In this document: one piece after another, positions 26,430 to 35,514 of the stretch | How positions within the stretch are numbered: position 1 is the stretch's first letter | Layout of the letters: each line of letters begins with the position of its first letter | Source of the DNA: a virus | Lineage: Duplodnaviria; Caudoviricetes | IMG/VR virus record: IMGVR_UViG_3300044541_000063 | Location: 11,819-75,818 of that record | Reading direction: 5' to 3' (one strand) | DNA length: 64,000 nt | Notes under the pieces: generated by a model | Databases searched by the model: none | Seen by the model: only the letters and a program-made list of their open reading frames with translations | What the model was told of the DNA's origin: nothing | Program-made: the position numbers and the translations under genes

Positions 26430-29400
26430 ATGTCTGTGAGCAACGTTCACCCGCTTCCGGGCCGCGTCGACAGTCCTATCCTGGACACGCTCGTCAACTT
26501 GCTGTCGGGTCTCGGCACGGCCAAGGACAAGAGCACGTCGACGCAGTTCACGCTGCAGATACTCGATCCTGGACAGCTGCTAGCCGCGTATCGCGGCGAC
26601 TGGGTAGCGCGCAAGATCATCGACTGTCCAGCGCAGGACTCCACTCGCGAGTGGCGCTCGTGGCAGGCCGACAAGAAGGACATCACCGAGATCGAGAAGA
26701 CCGAGAAGGACCTCAAGCTCCAGTCGAAGGTCAAGGTCGCCATGCAGCGCGCCCGTCTGTGGGGCGGCGCGGCTCTCATCCTCGGCGTGGACCAGGGCTC
26801 GCATGACAAGGAGCTCAAGGTCGATCGCGTCAGGCAGGGTCAGCTGAAGTACGTTCACGTGGTGAACAAGCAGGACATTCAAGTAGACGGCGGCCTCGAC
26901 CTCGACGTCACGTCCGAGTTCTACGGCGAGCCTGTGTCGTACACCGTCAACAGTCCGAAGACCGGCATAGTCAAGATCCATCCGTCGCGCGTCATCAGGT
27001 TCCTGGGCAACGAGATCCCCGACATAAACCTGTCGCAGGACGGATGGGGCGACAGCACGCTGCAGAGTATCTACGACGCGGTGATACAGGCCGGGCAGAC
27101 CGCCGCCAACGTGGCCAGCCTAGTGAACGAGGCCAAGATCGACGTCGTTCAGATACCGGGCCTCATGCAGATGATGGGGACGCAGGAGTACCGCGCGAAG
27201 CTCATCGAGAGGTTCACGCTTGCGAACTCTATGAAGTCCCTCACCAACACTCTGATCCTCGACGGCGAGGAGGAGTGGAACAGGCTCAACGCGTCGTTCG
27301 CAGGTCTGCCAGACATCATCCGCATGTATCTGCTCATGGCCAGTGGTGCCGCTGACATTCCCGCCACGCGTCTACTCGGTCAGTCCTCTTCGGGCCTCAA
27401 CGCCACTGGCCAAGAAGATACTCGCAACTACTACGACAGGCTGGCGAGTGAGCAGACCAACGACCTCACGCCTCGCCTGGACAGGCTCGACGAGGTGCTG
27501 GTACGCAGCACCTTCGGCGACAAGCCCGAGGAGATGACGTACGACTGGAACTCGCTGTGGCAGCTGTCCAAGACCGAGGCCGCAGACGTGGCGGTGAAGA
27601 AGGCCACGGTGTACACGGCAGACGTCAACGCCGGGCTGCTCCCACCGGAGGTCATGCGCGAGGGTCGCGAGAACCAGCTCATCGAGGATCAGGTGTATCC
27701 CGGCCTCGAGCAGGCCATCGACGAGTATGGCCAGCAGAACCTCGACGAGTACAATCAGGCCGTCGTCGCGCAGATGGGCGCGCGCGCCGCTCTCATGGCG
27801 CCGGACGATCCCAACGACCCGAACGGCGGCAAGAAGAAAGCAGCTGCGGCCAAAGCAGAGCTCACTCGCCGCAAGGCTCTACCTCCGCCGCGTCCCCCGG
27901 CTGCGCGCTCGCAGGACTCGCGAGAGAGGGTTGTCTACACGTCCAATCCTAGAGGCGATGGTAGTGACTGGCTCTTCGCGTTCGACAAGGCCAACGCGGC
28001 CATCTGGAAGGACGGAGGTCCTTACCCAGAGCCGAGGTTCGCAGAGGACGAGACCACGCCTCGCAGCCTGTACGTGCGCCGCGACGTGCTCAACGGCGAG
28101 GAGATACTCGCGCACTTCGCAGAGCAGGGCGTCGACGTGAGCGGTGTCGAGCCGGAAGACCTTCACGTCACCGTGTTGTACTCCAGGCAGCCCGTCGACT
28201 GGATCAAGATGGGCGAGTCCAGCTACGGTCAGATCGGGCGCGGCGAGGACATGCCTGAGGGCTGCGACATGTGCGTGCGCGCCGGCGGACCGCGCGTGAT
28301 GGAGGCGTACGGCGTTCCTCCCGACACGCTCGTCATGTGCTTCGCGTCGAGCGCGCTGTGCTGGCGTCACCAGGACATGGTCTATAAGGGCGCGAGCGAG
28401 GACTACGAGTTTAGTCCGCACCTGAGCATCGCTCCGTGGGACGGCACCGACCCGCGCACGTACGAGGCGTTTCAGGGAGAGATCGAACTCGGCCCGGAGA
28501 TCTTCGAGCCGTGCAAGTCGGGCGGCGCCGGGGGCGAGGCGTACGACTACGACCCCTCCGAGCCGCGCGCGCAGGCCGGTACGGCGTTCGGCGGACAGTG
28601 GACACGCGAGGGTGCCGCGGCGGCGCGGCAGTCTCGAATCGACAAGACCCTGGCGACGCGGAGCGAGAGAGCTAAAGGCGACGTTGGCGCGCGTCTCAAG
28701 CGCACGCGCGAGGCCGCAGTGGCCAAGTCCAAGCGCGTCACGGCAGCTGCCGTGCACAAGGCAGTCGCGTTCCTGAAGAACAACGAGAGGCGCTCGAAGA
28801 GCATCGGCGCGCTGGCTGCGTCGCTGTCTGGCATGCTCGCAGGCGTCGACCACGTCACAGAGGCCATGATTCATCAGGCGGTGTCGGACTTCTCGTCTAC
28901 GCTGGGCGTCACTGTCGCGGTGGGACGCACCAAGATGCGCGAGGCCCTCAACAAGGCCATCAAGATACGTCGCGGTCTCACGGGCGACGCGGAGGAGCCT
29001 GAGGCCGAGGACGAGGTTCTCCAGACGCTGCTCGCGCTGCTGAAGATGCTCGACGCCACTGCCGCAGACGCCCTCATCAAGGACTGGCGCGGCACTGTCG
29101 GCGACTACAGTCCAGATCAGCCGCGCGTGCCGAGAGGCAGCGAGGGAGGCGGTCGCTTCGCGACCAGCGGCGGTGCGTACACGGGCGTTCTCGAGAAGGC
29201 CGGCATGTTCGTGAGGTTCGTCAAGGCCAGGCGACTGGAGTCTGGTCGCGGCTACAACGCGTTCTACAAGAAGAACGACTTGAACCCGTCGGGCAATCCG
29301 CAGACCGTAGAGGTCGGTCAGCAGGTGCGCGGCGTGAAGGGCAAGTGGAACAAGAACACCGACCACGCCGGCGACTACGCGGCCGGCTCGGGCTGGCTGC

Positions 29401-29714
29401 TGCTGCAGGAGTTCTCGGAGATGGGTCGGTTCGCCGATCAGTTCTGGAGGGACGCCGCTCAGTTCATGACTCCCGGCGAGTACGAGCGCGCCAAGCCGTA
29501 CTTCAGCACGCGCACCAGGGCATTCGTAGAGGGCTTCCGCGCCACGTACTCTCCGAACGGCAAGGCGTTCGGCCTGAGCAGGGCGCGCACGTCCGAGGTG
29601 TTCGGCAGGGCCACGTCGAACATGTCGTCGGGCATCGACCAGATATTCGCGCCTCCCAAGCCGGGTCTCATCGAGCGCACCGGCGAGCGCATCGCCAAGT
29701 TCTTCGGAGTGTAG
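26430..29714 (+). CDS. Portal protein (DUF1073/HI1409 family) fused to an Acb1-like 2H phosphoesterase and two tagged unknown domains
   Basis: N-terminal ~440 aa portal (YRGDWVARKIID, AADIPATRLLG); LHVTV/PHLSI 2H motifs; two D-Y-x-P-x2-PR..GG-x-W/F tags. Confidence 0.9.
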   Translation: MSVSNVHPLPGRVDSPILDTLVNLLSGLGTAKDKSTSTQFTLQILDPGQLLAAYRGDWVARKIIDCPAQDSTREWRSWQADKKDITEIEKTEKDLKLQSKVKVAMQRARLWGGAALILGVDQGSHDKELKVDRVRQGQLKYVHVVNKQDIQVDGGLDLDVTSEFYGEPVSYTVNSPKTGIVKIHPSRVIRFLGNEIPDINLSQDGWGDSTLQSIYDAVIQAGQTAANVASLVNEAKIDVVQIPGLMQMMGTQEYRAKLIERFTLANSMKSLTNTLILDGEEEWNRLNASFAGLPDIIRMYLLMASGAADIPATRLLGQSSSGLNATGQEDTRNYYDRLASEQTNDLTPRLDRLDEVLVRSTFGDKPEEMTYDWNSLWQLSKTEAADVAVKKATVYTADVNAGLLPPEVMREGRENQLIEDQVYPGLEQAIDEYGQQNLDEYNQAVVAQMGARAALMAPDDPNDPNGGKKKAAAAKAELTRRKALPPPRPPAARSQDSRERVVYTSNPRGDGSDWLFAFDKANAAIWKDGGPYPEPRFAEDETTPRSLYVRRDVLNGEEILAHFAEQGVDVSGVEPEDLHVTVLYSRQPVDWIKMGESSYGQIGRGEDMPEGCDMCVRAGGPRVMEAYGVPPDTLVMCFASSALCWRHQDMVYKGASEDYEFSPHLSIAPWDGTDPRTYEAFQGEIELGPEIFEPCKSGGAGGEAYDYDPSEPRAQAGTAFGGQWTREGAAAARQSRIDKTLATRSERAKGDVGARLKRTREAAVAKSKRVTAAAVHKAVAFLKNNERRSKSIGALAASLSGMLAGVDHVTEAMIHQAVSDFSSTLGVTVAVGRTKMREALNKAIKIRRGLTGDAEEPEAEDEVLQTLLALLKMLDATAADALIKDWRGTVGDYSPDQPRVPRGSEGGGRFATSGGAYTGVLEKAGMFVRFVKARRLESGRGYNAFYKKNDLNPSGNPQTVEVGQQVRGVKGKWNKNTDHAGDYAAGSGWLLLQEFSEMGRFADQFWRDAAQFMTPGEYERAKPYFSTRTRAFVEGFRATYSPNGKAFGLSRARTSEVFGRATSNMSSGIDQIFAPPKPGLIERTGERIAKFFGV

Positions 29715-29715
29715 C

Positions 29716-30057
29716 ATGCTGATGTATCGCGTGTCGCCTCTGTCAGACGGCAAGATGGGCGTGCAGCTCATAGACGGGGACTTCGTCACCGAGGTGGTCG
29801 GCGACGACGCCGAGGGGCTCAGGCCCGGCTACTACAACGACCACGGAGTGCTCATTCGCTCCCTGAGTGACGAACCAGTGGTGTTCGAGAAAGGTGGACA
29901 GCGTGCACACTCTCAGATGGAACCCGTCGATCATGCGGTGGATCGTGGAGTTCGTCGCGCAGGGCAGGCAGACGACTATCGGCTTCCTCGAAAAGGGGCA
30001 AGACGCCGTCGATCTGGTAAACTGTCTAAACGGCGGACAGCCGGCGGCGGTTACTGA
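29716..30057 (+). CDS. Hypothetical protein
   Basis: Starts 1 nt after the portal stop; 3' part overlaps the next ORF, so extent is uncertain. Confidence 0.4.
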   Translation: MLMYRVSPLSDGKMGVQLIDGDFVTEVVGDDAEGLRPGYYNDHGVLIRSLSDEPVVFEKGGQRAHSQMEPVDHAVDRGVRRAGQADDYRLPRKGARRRRSGKLSKRRTAGGGY

Positions 30058-30151
30058 GGATCCGCGCGGCGGCAAGCTCGGCGTGACGCCGGGCGTCAGC
30101 GACGCCGACCTGATGAAGCAGCTGGAGACCGAAGAGGCTGCTACGAAATAA
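29867..30151 (+). CDS. Hypothetical protein (94 aa)
   Basis: Globular-looking sequence; start uncertain. Confidence 0.45.
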   Translation: MTNQWCSRKVDSVHTLRWNPSIMRWIVEFVAQGRQTTIGFLEKGQDAVDLVNCLNGGQPAAVTEDPRGGKLGVTPGVSDADLMKQLETEEAATK

Positions 30152-30226
30152 CAGAGGGACTCCAGCGAGAGTCTCCGGTACGGAAGGGGCGAGGAAACTA
30201 ATCCTCACAACATGGGAGTTAGGACA

Positions 30227-30991
30227 ATGCGATTTCTTCTTGCTATCGTTCTCGGCGCCTTCGGCACTGCCGCGTTCGCGGCCGACATGCCGCTCAAGGC
30301 GCCGCGCGCAGCACCAGTCGTCGTCGACGGCTGGCAGGGACTCTACGTCGGCATCCAGGGCGGCGAGAACCTCGGCTCGTACAATCCGCTGTTCGGCGTC
30401 GGCGACGTGGCCACGAAGGTCAACCTCGACGACAACGCGCCGTTCGTCGGTGCTCACATCGGCTACCTGTTCGGCGACACCATCTACTTCGGCCCAGAGC
30501 TCGGCGTTCAGTACTGGAACTTCAAGAAGAAAGGCGATCTGGTGGCCGGCACGCCAGAGATTCCTCCGAGCGAGGAGCTTCCGGCCATCGCCGCGACGCC
30601 GGCCGTGCAGCTGCAGCAGACCATCGACTGGATGGTCTACGCCAACGTTCGTGTCGGCGCCTCGCTGATCCCGAACACTCTGATCTACGTCACGGGCGGC
30701 GCCGCGTGGGCGCACGTGCGCGGCGAGATTCTCAACGGCGGCACGCTGGGCGCGCTGTCGGCGTTCGACCAGGGCGTTCTCGGGTGGAACGTGGGTGCCG
30801 GCCTCGAGTTCAAGCTCGGACCTAACCTCGTGCTCGGCGCCGAGTATCGGCACATGGACTTCGGCAAGGTGTCGCCGGCTAATCCAGCGCTGGCTCTCAT
30901 CGGGCTGGCACCGGCCGCACTCACGGTCGATCAGGCCATGGGGCGTCTGTCGTGGCGCTTCGCTCCTGGCGGCGGCTACGCTCAGTACTGA
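30227..30991 (+). CDS. Outer-membrane beta-barrel protein, Omp25/Omp31/RopB family
   Basis: Signal peptide ending AFA-ADMPLKAP, WQGLYVGIQGG, GWNVGAGLEF, GAEYRHMDFG, C-terminal LSWRF. Confidence 0.9.
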   Translation: MRFLLAIVLGAFGTAAFAADMPLKAPRAAPVVVDGWQGLYVGIQGGENLGSYNPLFGVGDVATKVNLDDNAPFVGAHIGYLFGDTIYFGPELGVQYWNFKKKGDLVAGTPEIPPSEELPAIAATPAVQLQQTIDWMVYANVRVGASLIPNTLIYVTGGAAWAHVRGEILNGGTLGALSAFDQGVLGWNVGAGLEFKLGPNLVLGAEYRHMDFGKVSPANPALALIGLAPAALTVDQAMGRLSWRFAPGGGYAQY

Positions 30992-30992
30992 C

Positions 30993-32492
30993 GTGCTACT
31001 GACTTCGCACCACCGCTGCGTCCGGCCGCGCCTTGGGGTCGCGGTCTCAGACGCGGCGCGCGCGCGAACCGACCCGACGGGCACTGCTCCTATCGCCTCC
31101 CGATGGGACGCAGAGTTCGCCAGGAGGTTCGCGCGCGTCAAGCGCGTGCTGCACGAGGTGATCGTGACACGCGACACGCTCGGAATAAGCGACGATCTCA
31201 AGAAGAGGGTAGACGCATCAGTCGGGGGAGCGACCAGGGCGCAGCGCGCGGCGCGCGCCCTGGACCTCGTTCGCTCGGCGGTGCACTCCGAGATTCTGGG
31301 CTCCCCCGGCTACGCCGACTCGTGGCAGAACAAGTTCGTCGCGATGGCCGTGACCAAGGGCGTCACCGACGCGTACCGGCGCATGAAGCAGGCCGGCATG
31401 GACGTGACCCTGGAGCTCACGGTGGACGTCGGCATAGGCCAGTCGGCGCAGCGGCGCGCGGACTTCATCGCTCAGCAGAGCTACGATCTGCTCGAGGGCA
31501 TCGACGCCGACATGGCGGCGCAGATGCAGGACATCATTCAGCAGGGTCTCCTGGACGGCAAGAGTCCGCAGCAGATAGCGCGCGAGCTTGACCAGGAGCT
31601 GGACATCGGTCGCACGCGCGCGCGCACCATAGCGCGCACCGAGACCATCGGCGCTCACGCCGACGCAACGCTCGACTCGTACGAGGAGGGCGGCATCGAG
31701 GGCGTTCAGGCCGAGGTGGAGTTCGCCACGGCCGGTGACGACAACGTCTGTCCGCAGTGTCAAGCGCTGGAGGGCAGTACCTACACCATCGAGGACGCGC
31801 GCGACGTCATTCCAGTGCACCCGAACTGTCGGTGCGCTTGGTTGCCGGTGATCGCCAGCACCGCGGACGCAGTCACCATAGACTACGACCCGAGCGAGCC
31901 GCGCGTGCCGGCCGGCAGTGCCGAGGGCGGCGAGTGGACCAGCGAGGGCGGTGCTGGCAGCGCGCCGGGAGTCGAGGGCAGCGGCGGCGACGCGTCTAAG
32001 CAGAGAGCGCTCGACGTGGCCAAGGAGCTCAAGTTCTCTCCCAAGAAGATGGAGTTCTCCGACGAGAACAAAAAGTTCTCAGTGGCCGGCAAGCGCATGA
32101 CGAAGGGCGGCGAGTACGACCCGGCTACCGGGAAGGTGACGTTCTTCTCGCACAACGTGAGTCCGGAGGACGCCGAGCTGATAGCGGCGCACGAGATCAC
32201 CCACTCGATGTATCACGACTACTTCGGCTCCGAGGGATACCAGGAGCCGCTGATACATCTGTTCGGCAGCTACGCCACGTTCGCCAGGGAGGGCGGCGTC
32301 GACGAGTACAGCAATCAGTGGTGGAAGGCTGTCGGCGAGGGAAGGGCCAGACCTGAGCAGGCCATAAACGAGACGCTCGCGTCCATGGCCTCCATTCAGT
32401 ACACCACCGGGAAGGTGGTCGGCGGCCCCGAGCATCAGGCGCTGCTCAAGAGAATACAGCGCTATCGCGGCGTGAGCGGGACCAAGAAGTGA
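30993..32492 (+). CDS. MuF/SPP1 gp7-like head morphogenesis protein with a tagged C-terminal zincin metallopeptidase
   Basis: DPTGT start, IARTE, ATAGDDNVCPQC..HPNCRC; tag DYDPSEPRVPAG..GGEW; AHEITH..NETLA. Confidence 0.9.
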   Translation: MLLTSHHRCVRPRLGVAVSDAARARTDPTGTAPIASRWDAEFARRFARVKRVLHEVIVTRDTLGISDDLKKRVDASVGGATRAQRAARALDLVRSAVHSEILGSPGYADSWQNKFVAMAVTKGVTDAYRRMKQAGMDVTLELTVDVGIGQSAQRRADFIAQQSYDLLEGIDADMAAQMQDIIQQGLLDGKSPQQIARELDQELDIGRTRARTIARTETIGAHADATLDSYEEGGIEGVQAEVEFATAGDDNVCPQCQALEGSTYTIEDARDVIPVHPNCRCAWLPVIASTADAVTIDYDPSEPRVPAGSAEGGEWTSEGGAGSAPGVEGSGGDASKQRALDVAKELKFSPKKMEFSDENKKFSVAGKRMTKGGEYDPATGKVTFFSHNVSPEDAELIAAHEITHSMYHDYFGSEGYQEPLIHLFGSYATFAREGGVDEYSNQWWKAVGEGRARPEQAINETLASMASIQYTTGKVVGGPEHQALLKRIQRYRGVSGTKK

Positions 32493-34894
32493 GTGTTCGT
32501 CGCACCAAGGTCAACGGCGAGAGCGTTCTGCTGGCGCAGGTCAGTCCGACTCTGTGGAAGGTCGTGTATCCAGACGGCCGCGCGGTGTTTCTGGTTCCTG
32601 AGGCGGAGGCGAACGATGGCATCAGCTGGCACGAGGAGGATCACCCGCGAGGCGAGGGCGGCAAGTTCGCCACCGTCGGGCACGAGTCTCTTACTGGGCA
32701 GGAGCAGCAGAGTATCTACTACTACGCGCGACAGGCGTATCACGGACTGAACCGCAATCTTCGCCTCGGTCTGGGACTCAGCGAGCAGCAGGAAATTTGG
32801 AAGCGCGACCTCGACTCGGCGCTGGAGAAGTCGACGCTTGCGCAGGACATGACGGTCTATCGTGGCTTCGGCAACATGAAGCTCATCCGCGACATGAAGG
32901 AGGGAGACGTTCTCCGCAACGCCGCGTACACGTCGACTGCTCCAGACGCGAGGACCGCAACCTCGTTCAAGGACTTCAGCGAGGGTCTCCTGGAGATCTC
33001 GCTGCCGGCCGGCACCAGGGCGCTCGACGTGCATCGGGTCTCGAGCATGGAGCCGGAGATTCTGCTTCCTCGCGACACTTCGCTGAGGTACGTGGGCAGA
33101 GGTGAGCCGGCCGGTGTTGGCAGCGCGCCTGCGCGCACGTATAAGTTTGAGCTCGTGGCCAGCAGCGTCAGGGACTGGAGTCCCTTCCAGCCTCGCGTGC
33201 CGAAGGGTCAGTCTGGCGGCGGGCAGTGGTCCGGGGAGAACCTGACCAAGGCCGAGAGGGCCGAGGTGCGATACTACACTGGCGACGGGTTCGAGCACGT
33301 CAACTCGACGCTGCGGCAGGGCGAGGCCGGCATGCTCGACCGACTGCATCTGCTGGACAGCGCCGTGGCCAAGTCGGTCATAGACAAGAGCATCACGACG
33401 TATCGCGGCGTCAACAGCGCCGAGTTCACCGAGAAGCTCGACTCGCTGCAGCCGGGCGAGACCATCACCGACAGGGCGTTCACGTCTACGTCGGGCAGCT
33501 TTCTGTCGGCGGCCATGTACGGTGGAGTAGGATCCCCGACCATGGAGATCAGGATTCCGTCTGGCAGCAGCGTGCTCTACGCCGAGAGCATGAGCGCCAA
33601 CTCCGGAATAGGCGAGGAGGAGTACCTTCTGCCCCGCGACTCGACGTTCAGGTACGTCGGCTCGAGGACTGTGGGCGGCGGTGCCGGCGCCTCGAAGGGA
33701 AGCAAGGTCTACACGTTCGACCTAGTGCCGCGCGTTGTCAAGGACTACGACCCGAGCGAGCCGCGCGTACCGGCCGGGCAGCCGGGCGGCGGACAGTGGC
33801 AAGGCCAGAATCTGGGCGATGACGAGAAGAAGCAGGTTCGTTTCTACACGCGCAATGGATACACTCCGATTAATAAGTCCTTGCGCACTGGTACCGGGCC
33901 AGAATACCTGAAGGACGTCGTCGCGACGATAGACAGTGCCATCGCGAAGTCGGTGCTGTCGAGCGACACTGTCGTCTATCGTGGCGTTAACGCAGTGGGA
34001 TTCGTTAGCGCTTTAGGTGCCCTCAAGCCGGGAGACACGATCACTGACTCAGCATACGTGTCGACTTCTGGTTCGTTGGCGTCCGCTGCGACGTTCGCAG
34101 GAACATACAACACGGTGATGGAGGTCAGGCTTCCGGCAGGCAGCAACGCACTCTATGTCGAGGAGTTCAGCGGAAGCAGTGGTCAGGAAGAAGATGAATA
34201 TATTCTGCCGCGCGGCACTAAGTTTCAGTACGTTACCAGCAGGGTCACCAGGACGAAGAGGACTATCTACACGTTCGACCTCGTGCCGCGCGGCGCGGCC
34301 GACTGGAACCCATTCCAGCCGCGCGTTCCCGCGGGGCAGCACGGCGGCGGCGAGTGGACCGAGGGCACCAGCGGCACGGCAACCGGATCTCTCGTCGGCG
34401 GCAATCCCAAGAAGGGCTTCGACCCGAAGCACGTCGACGCGCTCAAGCAGTACGCTGCCAGCATCTATCAGCCGGTGAACGAGGGTCTGCGCAACAAGAC
34501 GAAGCTGCGGACCCAGGAGGAGCAGGTCGTTTTGGCACTCGACGAGGCGTTCGAGCGCAATCAGCGTACCACCGAGGTGATGCAGCTGTTTCGCGCGGCG
34601 GGCGAGGAGTTCGCGGCCTACGTGGACGCACTCAAGGTCGGCGACAACCTGATAGACGAGGGATTCGCGTCGACCACCACCGACGAGAGACTGGCGCGCT
34701 CGTTCCTCAGCGGGCAGCCGGGCGAGAAGAAGGTGATGGTTGAGATCGTCCTTCCGAAGGACTCGAAGGCCATCGACACGTCGCCGTTCAATCCCTTCAA
34801 GGGAGAGAACGAGGTGCTGCTGCCGCGCAACACCACGTTCAAGTATCTCGGCATGGAGCGAGACGTGTATCGCTTCAGGGCCAATCCAAGGTAG
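32489..34894 (+). CDS. Polyprotein of four tandem ADP-ribosyltransferase (VIP2/C3/Alt-like, R-S-E) domains, each preceded by the tag
   Basis: YRG/YRG/YRG/FRA, TST/TST/VST/AST and EPE/EEE/EDE/ENE-x-LLPR motifs. Confidence 0.9.
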   Translation: MSVRRTKVNGESVLLAQVSPTLWKVVYPDGRAVFLVPEAEANDGISWHEEDHPRGEGGKFATVGHESLTGQEQQSIYYYARQAYHGLNRNLRLGLGLSEQQEIWKRDLDSALEKSTLAQDMTVYRGFGNMKLIRDMKEGDVLRNAAYTSTAPDARTATSFKDFSEGLLEISLPAGTRALDVHRVSSMEPEILLPRDTSLRYVGRGEPAGVGSAPARTYKFELVASSVRDWSPFQPRVPKGQSGGGQWSGENLTKAERAEVRYYTGDGFEHVNSTLRQGEAGMLDRLHLLDSAVAKSVIDKSITTYRGVNSAEFTEKLDSLQPGETITDRAFTSTSGSFLSAAMYGGVGSPTMEIRIPSGSSVLYAESMSANSGIGEEEYLLPRDSTFRYVGSRTVGGGAGASKGSKVYTFDLVPRVVKDYDPSEPRVPAGQPGGGQWQGQNLGDDEKKQVRFYTRNGYTPINKSLRTGTGPEYLKDVVATIDSAIAKSVLSSDTVVYRGVNAVGFVSALGALKPGDTITDSAYVSTSGSLASAATFAGTYNTVMEVRLPAGSNALYVEEFSGSSGQEEDEYILPRGTKFQYVTSRVTRTKRTIYTFDLVPRGAADWNPFQPRVPAGQHGGGEWTEGTSGTATGSLVGGNPKKGFDPKHVDALKQYAASIYQPVNEGLRNKTKLRTQEEQVVLALDEAFERNQRTTEVMQLFRAAGEEFAAYVDALKVGDNLIDEGFASTTTDERLARSFLSGQPGEKKVMVEIVLPKDSKAIDTSPFNPFKGENEVLLPRNTTFKYLGMERDVYRFRANPR

Positions 34895-34907
34895 AAGGAG
34901 GACCACC

Positions 34908-35066
34908 GTGGCGAAGAAAGTGAAGAAGCAGTCAGAAGAGGAGGCTCGTCGCCGATTCGGCGAGCGTATCACGGAGCAGACCGGCGAGGGTCTGATAATC
35001 GAGCGCCAGGACGGTACGCGCGAGCGCATCGGCAAGGGCGGCAAGCTCGAGAAGATCGAAGACTGA
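34908..35066 (+). CDS. Small charged protein (52 aa)
   Basis: AAGGAGG RBS before GTG. Confidence 0.6.
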   Translation: MAKKVKKQSEEEARRRFGERITEQTGEGLIIERQDGTRERIGKGGKLEKIED

Positions 35067-35067
35067 C

Positions 35068-35514
35068 ATGAGCATTCCGACCGCTCTGTCTCCCTCGCGC
35101 GGGTGGGAGCAGATGAAGGATTTCGCGTCGGCGATGAAGTCCGAGGCACTCGCCATGAAGGACGTCACGTTGACGGGAACATGCACGTCGGCTCAGCTCA
35201 TTGACTATCTGCAGCGGCTCGTCGCTTTCAAGGAGGTGTTCGTCGCGATCGGAAACGTGCCGGGCATCGCAGTCTACGCGCAAGAGCAGGTGAACAATCC
35301 GTCGTTCAACATCGCGACTGAGTTCACGACGATGCTGAACGCGGTCGACGGTGCGGGAGGCTGGCTCATCGCCAACTTCCCGAAGGACGGTAACGGGTTT
35401 CTGCTCGCGCAGACACTCGACGGCGCCGGACATCTCGTGCAGCGCACGTTCACCTCTGCCACGCTGCTGCCGTTTCGTACCACGCTCGACACGCTGATCG
35501 CGACTGTCAGCTAG
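35068..35514 (+). CDS. Hypothetical protein, probably virion-associated
   Basis: Coupled ORF in the head module. Confidence 0.7.
   Translation: MSIPTALSPSRGWEQMKDFASAMKSEALAMKDVTLTGTCTSAQLIDYLQRLVAFKEVFVAIGNVPGIAVYAQEQVNNPSFNIATEFTTMLNAVDGAGGWLIANFPKDGNGFLLAQTLDGAGHLVQRTFTSATLLPFRTTLDTLIATVS

Noticed and set aside
27935-28050. SNPRGDGSDW and YPEPRF in the portal linker as possible extra tag copies
   Set aside because: They lack the G-x3-GG-x-W/F half, so they were not counted among the eight tags
27879-29789. Long antisense ORFs (also 51816-54488, 37355-39067, 5893-7542, 2761-4332, and 62439-63965 opposite the helicase)
   Set aside because: Shadow frames of high-GC genes with Arg/Ala/His-rich nonsense composition, no RBS and no motifs
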